64,000 bases of DNA from Candidatus Micrarchaeota archaeon (GCA_043806595.1 JAZDGU010000029.1:2548-66547), one strand, 5' to 3'; positions 1-9,863 are shown, numbered from the stretch's first letter. Made by a program: numbers and translations. Notes: generated by a model from the sequence alone, not told the origin.

Positions 1-285
1 TTCTACTACATAGGCACGATAATGCCGCGCATACGGCGCAACTTCTTCTTCGGCATCCGCACGCCGTGGACCATCGTGTCCGACAGGGTCTGGAAGAAGA
101 CGCACGAGTTGGGCGGGTTCACCTTCAAGCTGAACGCCGCGATAATGCTGCTCGCGCTCCTGCTGCCGAAGTACTTCATCGTGGTAGTGCTCTTCCCGAT
201 ACTCCTCAACATGCTCGGGCTCGTCGTATACTCCTACCTCGAGTTCAAGAAAACCGTTAAAAACAAGCCCTGGCTTAACAAGTAA
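1..285 (+). CDS. SdpI/YhfL-family small membrane protein, 5'-truncated at window edge
   Basis: Frame stays open to position 1. Motif FGIRTPWTIVSDRVWKKTHELGG followed by hydrophobic helices, as in SdpI-family proteins. Stop at 283-285. Confidence 0.45.
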   Translation, partial: FYYIGTIMPRIRRNFFFGIRTPWTIVSDRVWKKTHELGGFTFKLNAAIMLLALLLPKYFIVVVLFPILLNMLGLVVYSYLEFKKTVKNKPWLNK

Positions 286-298
286 TTCGGTGGGAAAA

Positions 299-1228
299 AT
301 GGGTTATGACGTGCTAGTCGTTGGAGCAGGCGCGGCCGGCCTCAGCGCCGCCATATACTCCGCGCGCAAGGGGCTGAAGACGGTCATCGCCAGCGTCGAC
401 ACCGGCGGCCAGCTCAACCTCACCAGCCACATCGAGAACTACCCTGCAGCCGACCCCATGTCCGGCCCGGAGCTGGCGTCCAAGATGTCCGAGCAGGCCG
501 GCAGGTTCGGTGCCGAAATGGTGCACGGCAAGGTCGTCAAGGTCGCCAAGTCGGGGGAAGGTTTCGAGGCCGCGCTCTCGAACGGCGAAACGATTCAGTC
601 GCGCGCAGTGGTGCTCGCGTTCGGGCAGGTAGCGCGCATGATGGGCGTGCCCGGCGAGGAGAAGTTCCTCGGCAGGGGCGTGAGCACGTGCGTCACCTGC
701 GACGGCCCGCTTTTCCGGGACAAGGAGGTCGCGGTCGTCGGAGGCGGCACGCCCGCGGTCGAGGGCGTAGTCGAGCTAGCGGCCCACTCGAAGAAGGTGT
801 ATTCGGTCAGCGAGAGGAAGGAGTATTCCGCCGACAAGGCGCTTGTGGAAAAGATGGCGGCGCTGCCGAACGTGGAAGTCGTTTCCCCGGCCAGGCCCGT
901 GGAAATATCGGGAGAGAAGGCCGTGCAGGCGCTTGCCGTGGAGAAGGACGGGAGCAGGCGCGAAATCGCGGTACAGGGCGTTTTCGTCGAGCTCGGGCAC
1001 GTGGTGGACACTTCGGCGGTCAAGGGGCTCGTCGAGCTAAACGATGCAAACGAGGTCATCGTGGACGCAAACGCGAACACTTCCGTGCCGGGGGTGTTCG
1101 CCGCAGGCGACTGCACGACCGTCAAGTTCAAGCAGGCGGTGATTTCCGCGGGCGAGGGGGCCAAGGCCGGGCTCGAGGCCTACCGCTACCTCAGCGGGGG
1201 CAAGGGAATCGCAATCGACTGGAAGTGA
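299..1228 (+). CDS. trxB: thioredoxin-disulfide reductase
   Basis: FAD motif VLVVGAGAAGLSAA, redox-active CVTCDG, second dinucleotide fold VAVVGGG, C-terminal AAGDCT. ATG at 299 preferred over the GTG at 290 used by the ORF track. Confidence 0.9.
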   Translation: MGYDVLVVGAGAAGLSAAIYSARKGLKTVIASVDTGGQLNLTSHIENYPAADPMSGPELASKMSEQAGRFGAEMVHGKVVKVAKSGEGFEAALSNGETIQSRAVVLAFGQVARMMGVPGEEKFLGRGVSTCVTCDGPLFRDKEVAVVGGGTPAVEGVVELAAHSKKVYSVSERKEYSADKALVEKMAALPNVEVVSPARPVEISGEKAVQALAVEKDGSRREIAVQGVFVELGHVVDTSAVKGLVELNDANEVIVDANANTSVPGVFAAGDCTTVKFKQAVISAGEGAKAGLEAYRYLSGGKGIAIDWK

Positions 1229-1287
1229 ACAAAAACCCAAGATATAAAAGACTCCCACGGCAGGAAAGGATGCAATAGCGGAAGACA

Positions 1288-2079
1288 ATGGGATTTCCGA
1301 TGCGAAGAAATGCTGAGGACACCTCAAAGGAAATGGCGAAATTCGTTCTCGTGCTGGCAGCAGGGACGGTCCTCGGAATCGGCATTTCTGCGGTGGCCTT
1401 CCCCCACGGCGTAGAGCCCCCCGCGGCAATCTCAATGCAGGCTCTTCCCCCCGATTTCTCAACCGTAATCACGCGAATCCCCGTGCTTGCGGTAAAGAGC
1501 AGCGACAACACCGGAATCGTGACCTTCGCGAGCGTGGAAATCAGGCCGGGCAAGGGGCGCGTGCTGATAAACACCAACCCGTTCGTGGAGCCCGACACGC
1601 AGTATTCCGCGGAGACCGCGGTCAAGATTGCGCAGGAATACACCAAGAAAAGCATCAACCAGAAGGACGTGATACTGACCTTCGAGGCCGAAACCCAGCT
1701 CGTCGGCGGGCCCTCGGCGGGCGCGGCGATGACGATTGCCGCGATTGCGGCAATACAGAACAAGACACTCCCCGCGGATGTCGCAATGACCGGAACCGTC
1801 GAGGAGGACGGCAGCGTCGGCCAGGTCGGCGGCGTGCTGGAGAAGGCCGAGGCCGCTGCCGAGGCCGGGATCCGGCTGTTCCTCGTCCCAAGGGGAGAGG
1901 CCAGGCTGCGGTATTACGAGGCCCAGACCGTGCAGAGGCGGATGGGCGCGTTCGTCGTACAGGAGACGCGGTACGTGCCCAAGACCCTGGACCTCGTCGC
2001 GTACATGGAGGAGAAGTACGGCATGGAAGTGCGGGAGGTCGCGGACATACGTGAGGCGGCGGGCGCCTTCGGCCTGTGA
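1288..2079 (+). CDS. membrane-anchored S16 (Lon C-terminal proteolytic domain) peptidase without an AAA+ module
   Basis: N-terminal hydrophobic helix (FVLVLAAGTVLGIGISAV). Lon protease catalytic region GGPSAGAAMTIAAIAAI...MTGTVEEDGSVGQVGGVLEKAEAA (Ser-Lys dyad context). Confidence 0.6.
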   Translation: MGFPMRRNAEDTSKEMAKFVLVLAAGTVLGIGISAVAFPHGVEPPAAISMQALPPDFSTVITRIPVLAVKSSDNTGIVTFASVEIRPGKGRVLINTNPFVEPDTQYSAETAVKIAQEYTKKSINQKDVILTFEAETQLVGGPSAGAAMTIAAIAAIQNKTLPADVAMTGTVEEDGSVGQVGGVLEKAEAAAEAGIRLFLVPRGEARLRYYEAQTVQRRMGAFVVQETRYVPKTLDLVAYMEEKYGMEVREVADIREAAGAFGL

Positions 2080-2122
2080 AGCCTTTTTAACGTTCGCCCG
2101 CCAACCAGAATGCTGGAAGACC

Positions 2123-2851
2123 ATGGAAAGCATAGCGGAGCGGCTGATGGCCGTGGAGAAGAGGCTGGCTTCGGCCTGCGCCAAGTCCGGAAGGGACTTC
2201 GGCGACGTGAGGCTCGTGGCGGTCAGCAAGGGCCGCTCCTTCGACGAGATGCGCGAAGCGTACGACGCGGGCATCCGCTGGTTCGGGGAAAGCAGGGTGC
2301 AGGAGGCTGAAACGAAATGGCCGCTGATGCCCGCCGGGGCGGAACTGCATCTCGTGGGGCACCTGCAGAGGAACAAGGCGAGGAAGGCGGCAGAGATATT
2401 CAGCCTAGTGCACTCCGTGGACAGCATCGATCTCGCCCAGAAGCTCAACAGGAGCGCGGAAGAGCTCCAGAAACGCCTGAAAGTGCTGGTGCAGGTCAAC
2501 GTCTCCGGCGAGGCCTCGAAGAAAGGATTCTCGCCGAAGGCGGCTGGTGCCGCCGTGCCGGAAATCGCCGGTTTCGAATGGCTCGAATTGCAGGGCCTGA
2601 TGACCATCGCCCCCATCGTCCGCGACGCCGAGCTTGCTAGGCCCGTTTTCCGGAAGGCGAGGGAACTACGCGACGAAATCGGGAAGAACGCGGGGCTATC
2701 CCTGCCCGAACTCTCAATGGGCATGAGCCAGGATTACTGGATAGCGGTGGAGGAGGGCTCTTCGATGGTCAGAGTCGGGCAAGCGGTGTTCGGGGAGGAA
2801 AGGAGGAAGACCGCGGCGGAAAAGCTCGAGGAGCTCGAGACCGAGGCCTAG
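2123..2851 (+). CDS. YggS/PLPBP-family pyridoxal-phosphate homeostasis protein (alanine-racemase N-terminal-like TIM barrel)
   Basis: VRLVAVSKGRS (PLP lysine), HLVGHLQRNKARK, MGMSQDY. Start moved to MESIAERL at 2123, an internal Met of the 2051 ORF. Confidence 0.8.
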   Translation: MESIAERLMAVEKRLASACAKSGRDFGDVRLVAVSKGRSFDEMREAYDAGIRWFGESRVQEAETKWPLMPAGAELHLVGHLQRNKARKAAEIFSLVHSVDSIDLAQKLNRSAEELQKRLKVLVQVNVSGEASKKGFSPKAAGAAVPEIAGFEWLELQGLMTIAPIVRDAELARPVFRKARELRDEIGKNAGLSLPELSMGMSQDYWIAVEEGSSMVRVGQAVFGEERRKTAAEKLEELETEA

Positions 2852-3267
2852 GCCGGCGTCATCGCATCCGAAATCTTCTGCCGATACTGCTCGATTTCGC
2901 CTTCCGCGTACGTGTTCCTCGGCCACTTGAGGAGCAGGCCGTCTTCCGGATAGCGCGGGATCACGTGGAAGTGGTTGTGCATGATGAGCTGCCCGGCGTC
3001 CTTGCCGTTGTTCTGCAGGACGTTGACCCCGGGGCATCCGAACGCCTTCTTCAGCGCGCGCACCACGGTCTGGACGACGAGAACCATGCCGGCCGCCTCC
3101 TCTTCAGTGAGTTCCTCAATCTGTTCGGAATGGCGTTTGGGAAGGACAAGGACGTGGCCCTTGTTCGCGGGGTAGAGGTCCAGAATCGCCAGGAACCCTC
3201 CGTCCTCGTAGACCTTCGAGGAAGGTATTTCCCCGGTGGCTATCCGGCAGAACACGCAGTCGGCCAT
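2848..3267 (-). CDS. HIT-family (histidine triad) nucleotide hydrolase
   Basis: CVFCRI...NKGHVLVLPKRH...HNHFHVIPR, a canonical HxHxHxx triad. Stop overlaps the YggS stop region, convergent. Confidence 0.85.
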   Translation of the reverse strand: MADCVFCRIATGEIPSSKVYEDGGFLAILDLYPANKGHVLVLPKRHSEQIEELTEEEAAGMVLVVQTVVRALKKAFGCPGVNVLQNNGKDAGQLIMHNHFHVIPRYPEDGLLLKWPRNTYAEGEIEQYRQKISDAMTPA

Positions 3268-3291
3268 CGGAAGACATGGGGCGGCCGTGGT

Positions 3292-3606
3292 TTAAAAACC
3301 TGTTTGGGCGCCCCAGCAGGTGAACATGTCGCTTGCCGCCGGGGTCACGGAATAGACTGCGGATTTGTGCCCCCTCCCGGCGGAGGAGCGCTTCAGCAGC
3401 TTCCTCCTCTCGAGTTCCTTCAAACGGCCGGCGAGGACTGCCGGCGTTATCCCTCGCAGGCGGCGCTTGAGCTCGTTGAAGTGCATCGGCGAGGAATAGA
3501 GCTGGCGGAGGATGCGCACCGTCCAGCGCTTCTCGAGCACGTCGAAATTGAGTACTATGGGGCACCTGTGCGGCATGTCGACAGCACCGGCAGGTATGAA
3601 AAACAT
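3292..3606 (-). CDS. HxlR-family winged-helix transcriptional regulator
   Basis: CPIVLNFDVLEKRWTVRILRQL...FNELKRRLRGITPAVLAGRLKELE. Start uncertain (GTG at 3627, ATG at 3606 or 3576). Confidence 0.65.
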   Translation of the reverse strand: MFFIPAGAVDMPHRCPIVLNFDVLEKRWTVRILRQLYSSPMHFNELKRRLRGITPAVLAGRLKELERRKLLKRSSAGRGHKSAVYSVTPAASDMFTCWGAQTGF

Positions 3607-3657
3607 ACTTATTAATAAAGGTTTCACCAGAATGATGGGGTAGAGGGGTGTCTAGTC

Positions 3658-4416
3658 TTGGCAACGCTTGAAATCAAAGACTTAAGCGCGAGCGTCGGGG
3701 GAAAGCTGATACTGAAGGGCGTGAGCCTTGCGGTCGCAGGCGGGGAGAGGCATGCCCTGATGGGGCCCAACGGCAGCGGCAAGAGCACGCTCGCCAACGT
3801 GATCATGGGAAACCCCAAGTACCATGTTGAATCCGGCGACATCCTGCTCGACGGTAAAAGCATTCTCAAGCTCGCGGCCGACGAGCGCGCGCGAAGGGGG
3901 ATCTTCCTCTCGTTCCAGTACCCGCAGGAAATCGGCGGCGTGCTGTATCCGAGCTTCCTTCGGAGCGCGTTCGAGGCCGTCAACGGGAAGGCCGAGAGGA
4001 TGCCCGTGGGCGAATTCAGGAAGATGCTGCGGGAGAAGATGGCTATGCTGAAGATGGACAAGTCGTATTCCGACCGCTATCTCAACGAGGGCTTCTCCGG
4101 GGGCGAGAAGAAGAGGAGCGAGATCCTCCAGATGGCAGTCCTCTCGCCTAAGATCGCGGTCTTGGACGAGCCGGACTCGGGGCTGGACATCGACTCAGTG
4201 AAGGTCGTCGCCGAAGGCGTGAATTCGATCCGGAAAAACGGGATGGGCGTGCTGTTGATCACGCATTACCCTCGCATCCTGAAGTTCTTCAAGCCGGAGT
4301 TCGTGCACATAATGATGGGCGGGGGCATCGTGCATTCCGGCGGCCACGATCTGGCGCAACTGCTGGAGGAGAAGGGCTACGGGGAGGCGCTCAAGCGCAT
4401 GAAGGCGAAGGTCTGA
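3658..4416 (+). CDS. sufC: Fe-S cluster assembly ATPase SufC
   Basis: Walker A GPNGSGKST, ABC signature FSGGEKKR, Walker B VLDEPDSGLD. TTG start. Confidence 0.9.
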   Translation: MATLEIKDLSASVGGKLILKGVSLAVAGGERHALMGPNGSGKSTLANVIMGNPKYHVESGDILLDGKSILKLAADERARRGIFLSFQYPQEIGGVLYPSFLRSAFEAVNGKAERMPVGEFRKMLREKMAMLKMDKSYSDRYLNEGFSGGEKKRSEILQMAVLSPKIAVLDEPDSGLDIDSVKVVAEGVNSIRKNGMGVLLITHYPRILKFFKPEFVHIMMGGGIVHSGGHDLAQLLEEKGYGEALKRMKAKV

Positions 4417-4422
4417 AGGCAC

Positions 4423-5883
4423 ATGAAGAAATCACTCGGGATCCGGGAAGGGTACGGCGAGAAATACGGGTTCCGGACCGACACCAAGGGCGAATTCGAT
4501 ACAGGCCGCGGGCTTTCACGGAACGTGGTACGGCAGATATCCGGGATGAAGGGGGAGCCGGAATGGCTCCTCGCGTTCCGTCTGAAGGCGTTGGAGCACT
4601 TCCGGGAAAGGGCGTTGCCCAAGTGGGGCGCCGACCTCTCGGGAATCGACTTCGCAGACGTAGTATACTATGTAAGGTCGACGGAAATGCAGGCCGAGAG
4701 CTGGGACGACGTGCCTAAGGAGATCAAGCGCACGTTCGAAAGGCTCGGCGTGCCCGAGGCCGAAAGGAAGTTCCTCGCAGGCGTCGGCGCGCAGTTCGAG
4801 AGCGAGAACGTCTACCACAGCCTGCAGAAGGGGCTGCAGGAACAGGGCGTGGTGTTCGTCGACCCCGACACCGGATTGAATCCGACGGCGAAACGCAAAG
4901 CGCAGTTCAGGATCAGCGACGCGGCAATGCTGAATGCGCACGCGAAGTTCCGGGAATGGTTCGGCAAGGTGGTGCCGCTCACGGACAACAAGTTCGCGGC
5001 GCTCAACGGCGCGGCATTCAGCGGGGGCAGCTTCATATACGTCCCGCCCGGAGTCGAGGTCGCGATGCCGCTGCAGGCATACTTCCGGATCAACCGGGAG
5101 AACATCGGCCAGTTCGAGCGCACGCTCATCATCGCGGACAAGGGAAGCAGGGTCCACTACATCGAGGGCTGCAGCGCGACGATGTACCAGAACGACAGGC
5201 ACTCGCTGCACTCGGCGGTGGTGGAAATCGTGGCGCTGGAGGGAGCGAAAGTCCGGTACACGACCCTCCAGAACTGGTCGGACAACGTTTACAACCTCGT
5301 CACCAAGCGCGCCTTCGCCTACGAGGATGCGGTCGTCGAGTGGATGGACGCCAACATCGGGAGCAGGGTCACTATGAAATACCCCGCGGTGCACCTGCTC
5401 GGAAGGGGGGCGAAGGCGGACATCCTCTCCGTGGCATACGCCGGAAAAGGCCAGGTGCAGGACACCGGGGGGAAGGTCCTCCACCTCGCCCCTGAGACGA
5501 CTTCGAGGATAATCTCGAAGTCCGTCAGCAAGGACGGCGGCAAGGCGACCTACCGCGGGCTGCTTCACATCGCCAAGGGCGCGACCGGCGCGAAGTCTAC
5601 GGTCAGGTGCGACGCCCTCCTCATGGACCCGCAGTCGAAGACCGAGACATACCCTTACAACAACGTGCGGGAGAAGACCGCTACAGTCTCCCACGAGGCG
5701 ACGGTCGGGAAGATCGGCGAGGAGCAGGTGTTCTACCTCATGAGCCGCGGGCTGTCCGAAACAGACGCGCTGGCGCTCATCGTCAACGGGTTCCTGGAGG
5801 TATTCAGCAAGGAGCTTCCCATGGAATACGCCGTCGAATTCAACCGCCTGATACACCTCGAGATGGGCGGAGCGGTCGGGTAG
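4423..5883 (+). CDS. sufB: Fe-S cluster assembly scaffold SufB
   Basis: 486 aa, SufB/SufD beta-helix core. SufB-type motifs KYPAVHLLGRGAKADI and EATVGKIGEEQVFYLMSRGL. Immediately downstream of sufC. Confidence 0.9.
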   Translation: MKKSLGIREGYGEKYGFRTDTKGEFDTGRGLSRNVVRQISGMKGEPEWLLAFRLKALEHFRERALPKWGADLSGIDFADVVYYVRSTEMQAESWDDVPKEIKRTFERLGVPEAERKFLAGVGAQFESENVYHSLQKGLQEQGVVFVDPDTGLNPTAKRKAQFRISDAAMLNAHAKFREWFGKVVPLTDNKFAALNGAAFSGGSFIYVPPGVEVAMPLQAYFRINRENIGQFERTLIIADKGSRVHYIEGCSATMYQNDRHSLHSAVVEIVALEGAKVRYTTLQNWSDNVYNLVTKRAFAYEDAVVEWMDANIGSRVTMKYPAVHLLGRGAKADILSVAYAGKGQVQDTGGKVLHLAPETTSRIISKSVSKDGGKATYRGLLHIAKGATGAKSTVRCDALLMDPQSKTETYPYNNVREKTATVSHEATVGKIGEEQVFYLMSRGLSETDALALIVNGFLEVFSKELPMEYAVEFNRLIHLEMGGAVG

Positions 5884-5898
5884 TGGGGGAAGGGGGAA

Positions 5899-7287
5899 AT
5901 GCTAGCGGATCCGGTGAAAATCAGACTCGGGGAGAAGCCCACACTCAGGATTTCAAGGGACAGGGGCGAGCCCGGCTGGCTTGCGGGAATGCGTGCCTTG
6001 GCGTTCGCGAAGTTCAAGGCCCTTCCCGTGGAATCCTCGGAAACCTTCAAGAAATACGCCGACGTCGGCGGCATCGGATGGGAAAAACTGCGCATCCCGG
6101 CGGAAGAAACGGACAATGTGCTGCACGGGCCGCTCGCGGAAATCGCAGGCGACGGCGGCATTGACCTTCTCCAGATCAACGGGAAAACCGTCAGACTGGG
6201 CAACAGGATAACTGGCAGGGGCGTGGTATTCGAGGACTGGAAGACCGCGATGGATAAGCATCCCGAACTTGCGCACGCTGCGTTGAAGGGGGTGCGGGCG
6301 GAAGGCAAGTTTGCGGCGTTGGGGCTCGCGCTTCACACCGGGGGAGTGCTCGTCCACGTGCCGGATGCGGCGAAGACCCGAGAGCCGATGCGCGTCGTAA
6401 GCATTTCGACGCGGGAAAACGCCATCTCCTCGGAATTGAACGTCGTCTCAGTTGGGAGCGGAGGAAAGGCGGCGGTGTCGTTCGAGCAATATTCTGCCGG
6501 AAAAGGCCGGTCGGTCGCACTCCGGTTTACGTACGCGAAGGCGGGAGAAGGCGCGCGGCTGGCCGTTTCGGAAGTGCAGGCTCTTGGCGGCAACGATGCA
6601 GCAATAGGCGGAAGGCATGCGGAAGTCAGGAGGGATGCGGTGTTCTCCTCGTCCGGCGGGCACTTCGGGGGGTCGACGGCCATTTCCACCGCGGACGCTA
6701 CGCTTGAGGGCGACGGCGCGGCCGCCGAAGACGTCTGCATAGCCTTCGGCAACGGCACACAGAGGCTCAGCATCACATCCAACCTTTTCCATGCGGCGGC
6801 GAACACCGTCGGCAGCGTGCACTCGAAGGGCGTGTTCGCGGAGAACTCCCGGGGCCAGTTCAAGGGAAACATCGAGATTGCAGCCGGCGCCCACGGCAGC
6901 TCGTCCTATCTCGCGGGCCATTCCATCCTCCTAGGAAGCGGAAGCTCCGCAGACTCGATGCCTTCCCTGAAAATCGGGAACAACGACGTCAAGGCCACCC
7001 ACTCCGCTTCCGTATCGCACATCGACGGGGACAAGCTTTTCTATCTCGCGACCCGCGGGTTAGGCCGGAAGCAGGCGGAGAACATCGCGGTCTGCGGGTT
7101 CCTCGAGCAGCTGGTTGCGCGGGCAAGCCAACCCAGGCATCGGAACATGCTCCGCGGGTTCATTGCGGCCAAAATCGCGGGCAGCGGAATCGAGCACGCA
7201 TGGAAGCACGGGGAAACGGATGACGAAAGGAACCAAGCCATGAATGCCGGCAGCGGGATGTTCGAAGGGCATTATAAATATCGCTGA
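5899..7287 (+). CDS. sufD: Fe-S cluster assembly protein SufD
   Basis: Position after sufB. C-terminal SufD motif HIDGDKLFYLATRGLGRKQAENIAVCGFL. 462 aa. Confidence 0.8.
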   Translation: MLADPVKIRLGEKPTLRISRDRGEPGWLAGMRALAFAKFKALPVESSETFKKYADVGGIGWEKLRIPAEETDNVLHGPLAEIAGDGGIDLLQINGKTVRLGNRITGRGVVFEDWKTAMDKHPELAHAALKGVRAEGKFAALGLALHTGGVLVHVPDAAKTREPMRVVSISTRENAISSELNVVSVGSGGKAAVSFEQYSAGKGRSVALRFTYAKAGEGARLAVSEVQALGGNDAAIGGRHAEVRRDAVFSSSGGHFGGSTAISTADATLEGDGAAAEDVCIAFGNGTQRLSITSNLFHAAANTVGSVHSKGVFAENSRGQFKGNIEIAAGAHGSSSYLAGHSILLGSGSSADSMPSLKIGNNDVKATHSASVSHIDGDKLFYLATRGLGRKQAENIAVCGFLEQLVARASQPRHRNMLRGFIAAKIAGSGIEHAWKHGETDDERNQAMNAGSGMFEGHYKYR

Positions 7288-7324
7288 AGCATATTGCAAT
7301 TTTGGATAAATGGGGGATGGATGA

Positions 7325-8545
7325 ATGTTCGACGCCGCGGAAATCAGGAAGGACTTCCCGATATTCAGGAGGAAGGCGAACGGCAAGCCGCTGGTGTACC
7401 TGGACTCCGCGGCCACGTCGCAGAAGCCGGGGCAGGTCATCGGGGCGATGACGCGCTTCCATGAGGAATGCAACGCAAACGTCCACCGCGGCATATACAG
7501 GCTAAGCGAGGAGGCCACCCAGGAGTACGAATCCTCGAGGAAAAAAACCGCGGGGCTCGTCGGCGCAAAGCCGCAGGAAATAGTCTTCACCAGGAACGCG
7601 ACCGAGGGGATAAACCTCGTCGCATACAGCTACGGCTCGCTGCTCAAGGAAGGGGGTACCGTGCTGCTTACGGAAATGGAGCACCACAGCAACATCGTGC
7701 CATGGCAGCTGCTCGCCGCGAGAAAGAAGATCAATTTGGAATTCGTGCCAGTTGACATCGGAACCGGAATGCTGGACATGGAGGCGTTCTCCCGGATGCT
7801 CGGGAAAAAACCTGCGCTCGTGGCATTCACGCAGGCGAGCAACGTCCTCGGGACGATAAGCGACGCCCGGAGCATGACCGCGGAGGCGCACGACGCCGGC
7901 GCGGCGGTGCTGGTGGACGGCGCGCAGGGGGTGCCTCACATCGCGACCGACGTCGGAAAGATCGGATGCGACTTCCTCGCCTTCTCGGGGCACAAGATGC
8001 TAGGGCCGAGCGGAATCGGCGCATTGTACGCGACCGGGGAAATGCTCGAAAAAATGCCGCCGTTCATGGCCGGCGGGGACATGATCCGCGAGGTCAGCCT
8101 GCAGGAGTCCACGTGGAACGACGTCCCGTACAAGTTCGAGGCCGGCACGCCGAACGCGGTCGGCGCGATCGGCATGGGAGCTGCGGCGGACTACCTAAAG
8201 GGCATCGGCTTCGACGTCGTGAGGGAACACGAGAAAAAAATCACGGAGCATGCGTTGCGCGGACTGGGCGCAATCCCGGAAGTCAGCATTTTCGGCCCCA
8301 TGCACGCGGACAATAAGACGGGCGTGGTGGCGTTCAACGTCAAAGGCGTGCACGCGCACGACCTTGCCAGCATAGCCGACTCCGAGGGTATTGCAATCCG
8401 CGCGGGGCACCATTGCGCGCAGCCGCTCCTGAATAGGTTCGGCGTCACGGCGACCGCGAGGGCGAGCTTCTACGTCTACAACACGGAAGAGGACGTCGAG
8501 GCGCTGGTCTTGGCGGTCAGGAAGGCGCTTGAGGTGTTCGGCTGA
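7325..8545 (+). CDS. sufS: cysteine desulfurase SufS (class V aminotransferase)
   Basis: PLP-lysine SGHKMLGPSGIGALY, active-site HHCAQPL, YLDSAATSQKP N-terminus. Stop overlaps the sufU ATG (ATGA). Confidence 0.9.
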   Translation: MFDAAEIRKDFPIFRRKANGKPLVYLDSAATSQKPGQVIGAMTRFHEECNANVHRGIYRLSEEATQEYESSRKKTAGLVGAKPQEIVFTRNATEGINLVAYSYGSLLKEGGTVLLTEMEHHSNIVPWQLLAARKKINLEFVPVDIGTGMLDMEAFSRMLGKKPALVAFTQASNVLGTISDARSMTAEAHDAGAAVLVDGAQGVPHIATDVGKIGCDFLAFSGHKMLGPSGIGALYATGEMLEKMPPFMAGGDMIREVSLQESTWNDVPYKFEAGTPNAVGAIGMGAAADYLKGIGFDVVREHEKKITEHALRGLGAIPEVSIFGPMHADNKTGVVAFNVKGVHAHDLASIADSEGIAIRAGHHCAQPLLNRFGVTATARASFYVYNTEEDVEALVLAVRKALEVFG

Positions 8546-8955
8546 TGCCGGATTCATCGCTCTACCGGGAGAACATCCTCGACCACTACAAGCACCCGCG
8601 CAACAAGGGGAAAATGGAGGGCGCGGACATGCACCGCAGGGAGGCCAACCCGCTGTGCGGCGACGTCATCGAGGTGTGGGCAAAAATCGGGAAGGACGGC
8701 AGGGTTTCCGCGGTCAAGTTCGACGGCGAGGGCTGTGCAATCAGCGTCTCCGCGGCATCCATGCTGACGGAAATGGCCAAGGGAAGGACCGCGGAGGAAC
8801 TGCTGCGCATGGACAAGGGGGAAATGCTTAAAGAGCTCGGCGTCAACCCCGGGCATGCGAGGATAAAGTGCGCGCTGCTCGCGTTCAAGGCGCTCAAGAC
8901 GGCCTCGTTCGAGTACCTCGGAAGGAAGGCGGACGAGGACACGAGGGCGCTCTGA
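8545..8955 (+). CDS. sufU: SufU/IscU-type sulfur-transfer scaffold
   Basis: NifU-N fold with conserved Cys in PLCGDVIEV, EGCAISVSAASM and IKCALLAFKAL. Translationally coupled to sufS. Confidence 0.8.
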   Translation: MPDSSLYRENILDHYKHPRNKGKMEGADMHRREANPLCGDVIEVWAKIGKDGRVSAVKFDGEGCAISVSAASMLTEMAKGRTAEELLRMDKGEMLKELGVNPGHARIKCALLAFKALKTASFEYLGRKADEDTRAL

Positions 8956-9789
8956 ATGGCCGGATTCGGCGGCCTCGTGTTCGGCAGCTCCGGCATCCCG
9001 GCGAGCGCGGAGCACAGGAATACGGCAGGCGGCATCCGGCAGACCGCGAAACTCGGGCTCGGCGCCATGGAGCTCGCGTTCGTGCACGGCGTGAACATCT
9101 CGGAGGCGGGCAGCCACGACGTTCGCAAGACTGCCGAGGAGGAAAAAATCATCCTGACCTGCCACGCGCCCTATTACATCAACCTGAACTCCGGGGGAAG
9201 CAAGCTTGCCGCGAGCCAGAAACGACTGTACGACAGCGCGCGCATCCTCGCGATGGCCGGCGGCTGGAGCGCGGCCTTCCACCCCGGATTCTACATGGGC
9301 ATGGAAAAGCAGGCGGTCTACTCCCGCGCAAGGGAGGGCCTCGCGCAGGTGAGGAAGAGGCTGGAGGACGAGGGCAACACAGTCTGGCTGCGTCCGGAGA
9401 CCATGGGCAAGGGCTCCCAGTTCGGCTCCCTCGACGAGATCATAAGGCTGTCGCAGGACGTCGAGGGCGTGCAGCCGCTCGTCGATTGGGGGCACATGCA
9501 GGCGAGGGACAACGGCACGACGAACGGGAGGGAGGCCTTCGACGGCGTCCTCGCGAAAATCGAGCAGGGCCTCGGCAGGGAGTCGCTCAGGAACGTCCAT
9601 TTCCAGGTCGCGGGCAACGAGTTCACGGATAAGGGCGAGCGCAGGCACCTGACGCTCATGGACGGCACGCTGAAGTACAGGGAGCTCGTCGAGTCATGGA
9701 AGGCCTTTTCCTGTGCAGGGGTGGTCATCAGCGAGAGCCCGAACCAGGAGCTCGACGCGCTGCTGTTGCAGAAGCTCTGGCGGGGCTAG
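8956..9789 (+). CDS. nfo: endonuclease IV (AP endonuclease family 2, TIM barrel)
   Basis: Endo IV signature HAPYYINL, metal-site motifs WLRPETMGKGSQ and VDWGHMQA. Start abuts the sufU stop. Confidence 0.7.
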   Translation: MAGFGGLVFGSSGIPASAEHRNTAGGIRQTAKLGLGAMELAFVHGVNISEAGSHDVRKTAEEEKIILTCHAPYYINLNSGGSKLAASQKRLYDSARILAMAGGWSAAFHPGFYMGMEKQAVYSRAREGLAQVRKRLEDEGNTVWLRPETMGKGSQFGSLDEIIRLSQDVEGVQPLVDWGHMQARDNGTTNGREAFDGVLAKIEQGLGRESLRNVHFQVAGNEFTDKGERRHLTLMDGTLKYRELVESWKAFSCAGVVISESPNQELDALLLQKLWRG

Positions 9790-9863
9790 CGCGGCAACGG
9801 ATTTTTATTTCTATCCTCCGCAAGTCAAAAGCTAGGGACAGGGGAAACGGGGGGAAACACTGA

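Noticed and set aside
1459-2724. Long antisense or alternate-frame ORFs typical of GC-rich DNA: 1459-2724, 4516-5856, 8554-9648, 12018-13538, 19924-21351, 22597-24096, 41548-43284 and 60849-62303 on the minus strand, plus many shorter ones.
   Set aside because: Each lies opposite or out of frame to a gene with strong conserved motifs. Their translations are Arg/Ala/Gly/Pro-rich with no GC3 bias and no recognisable motifs.
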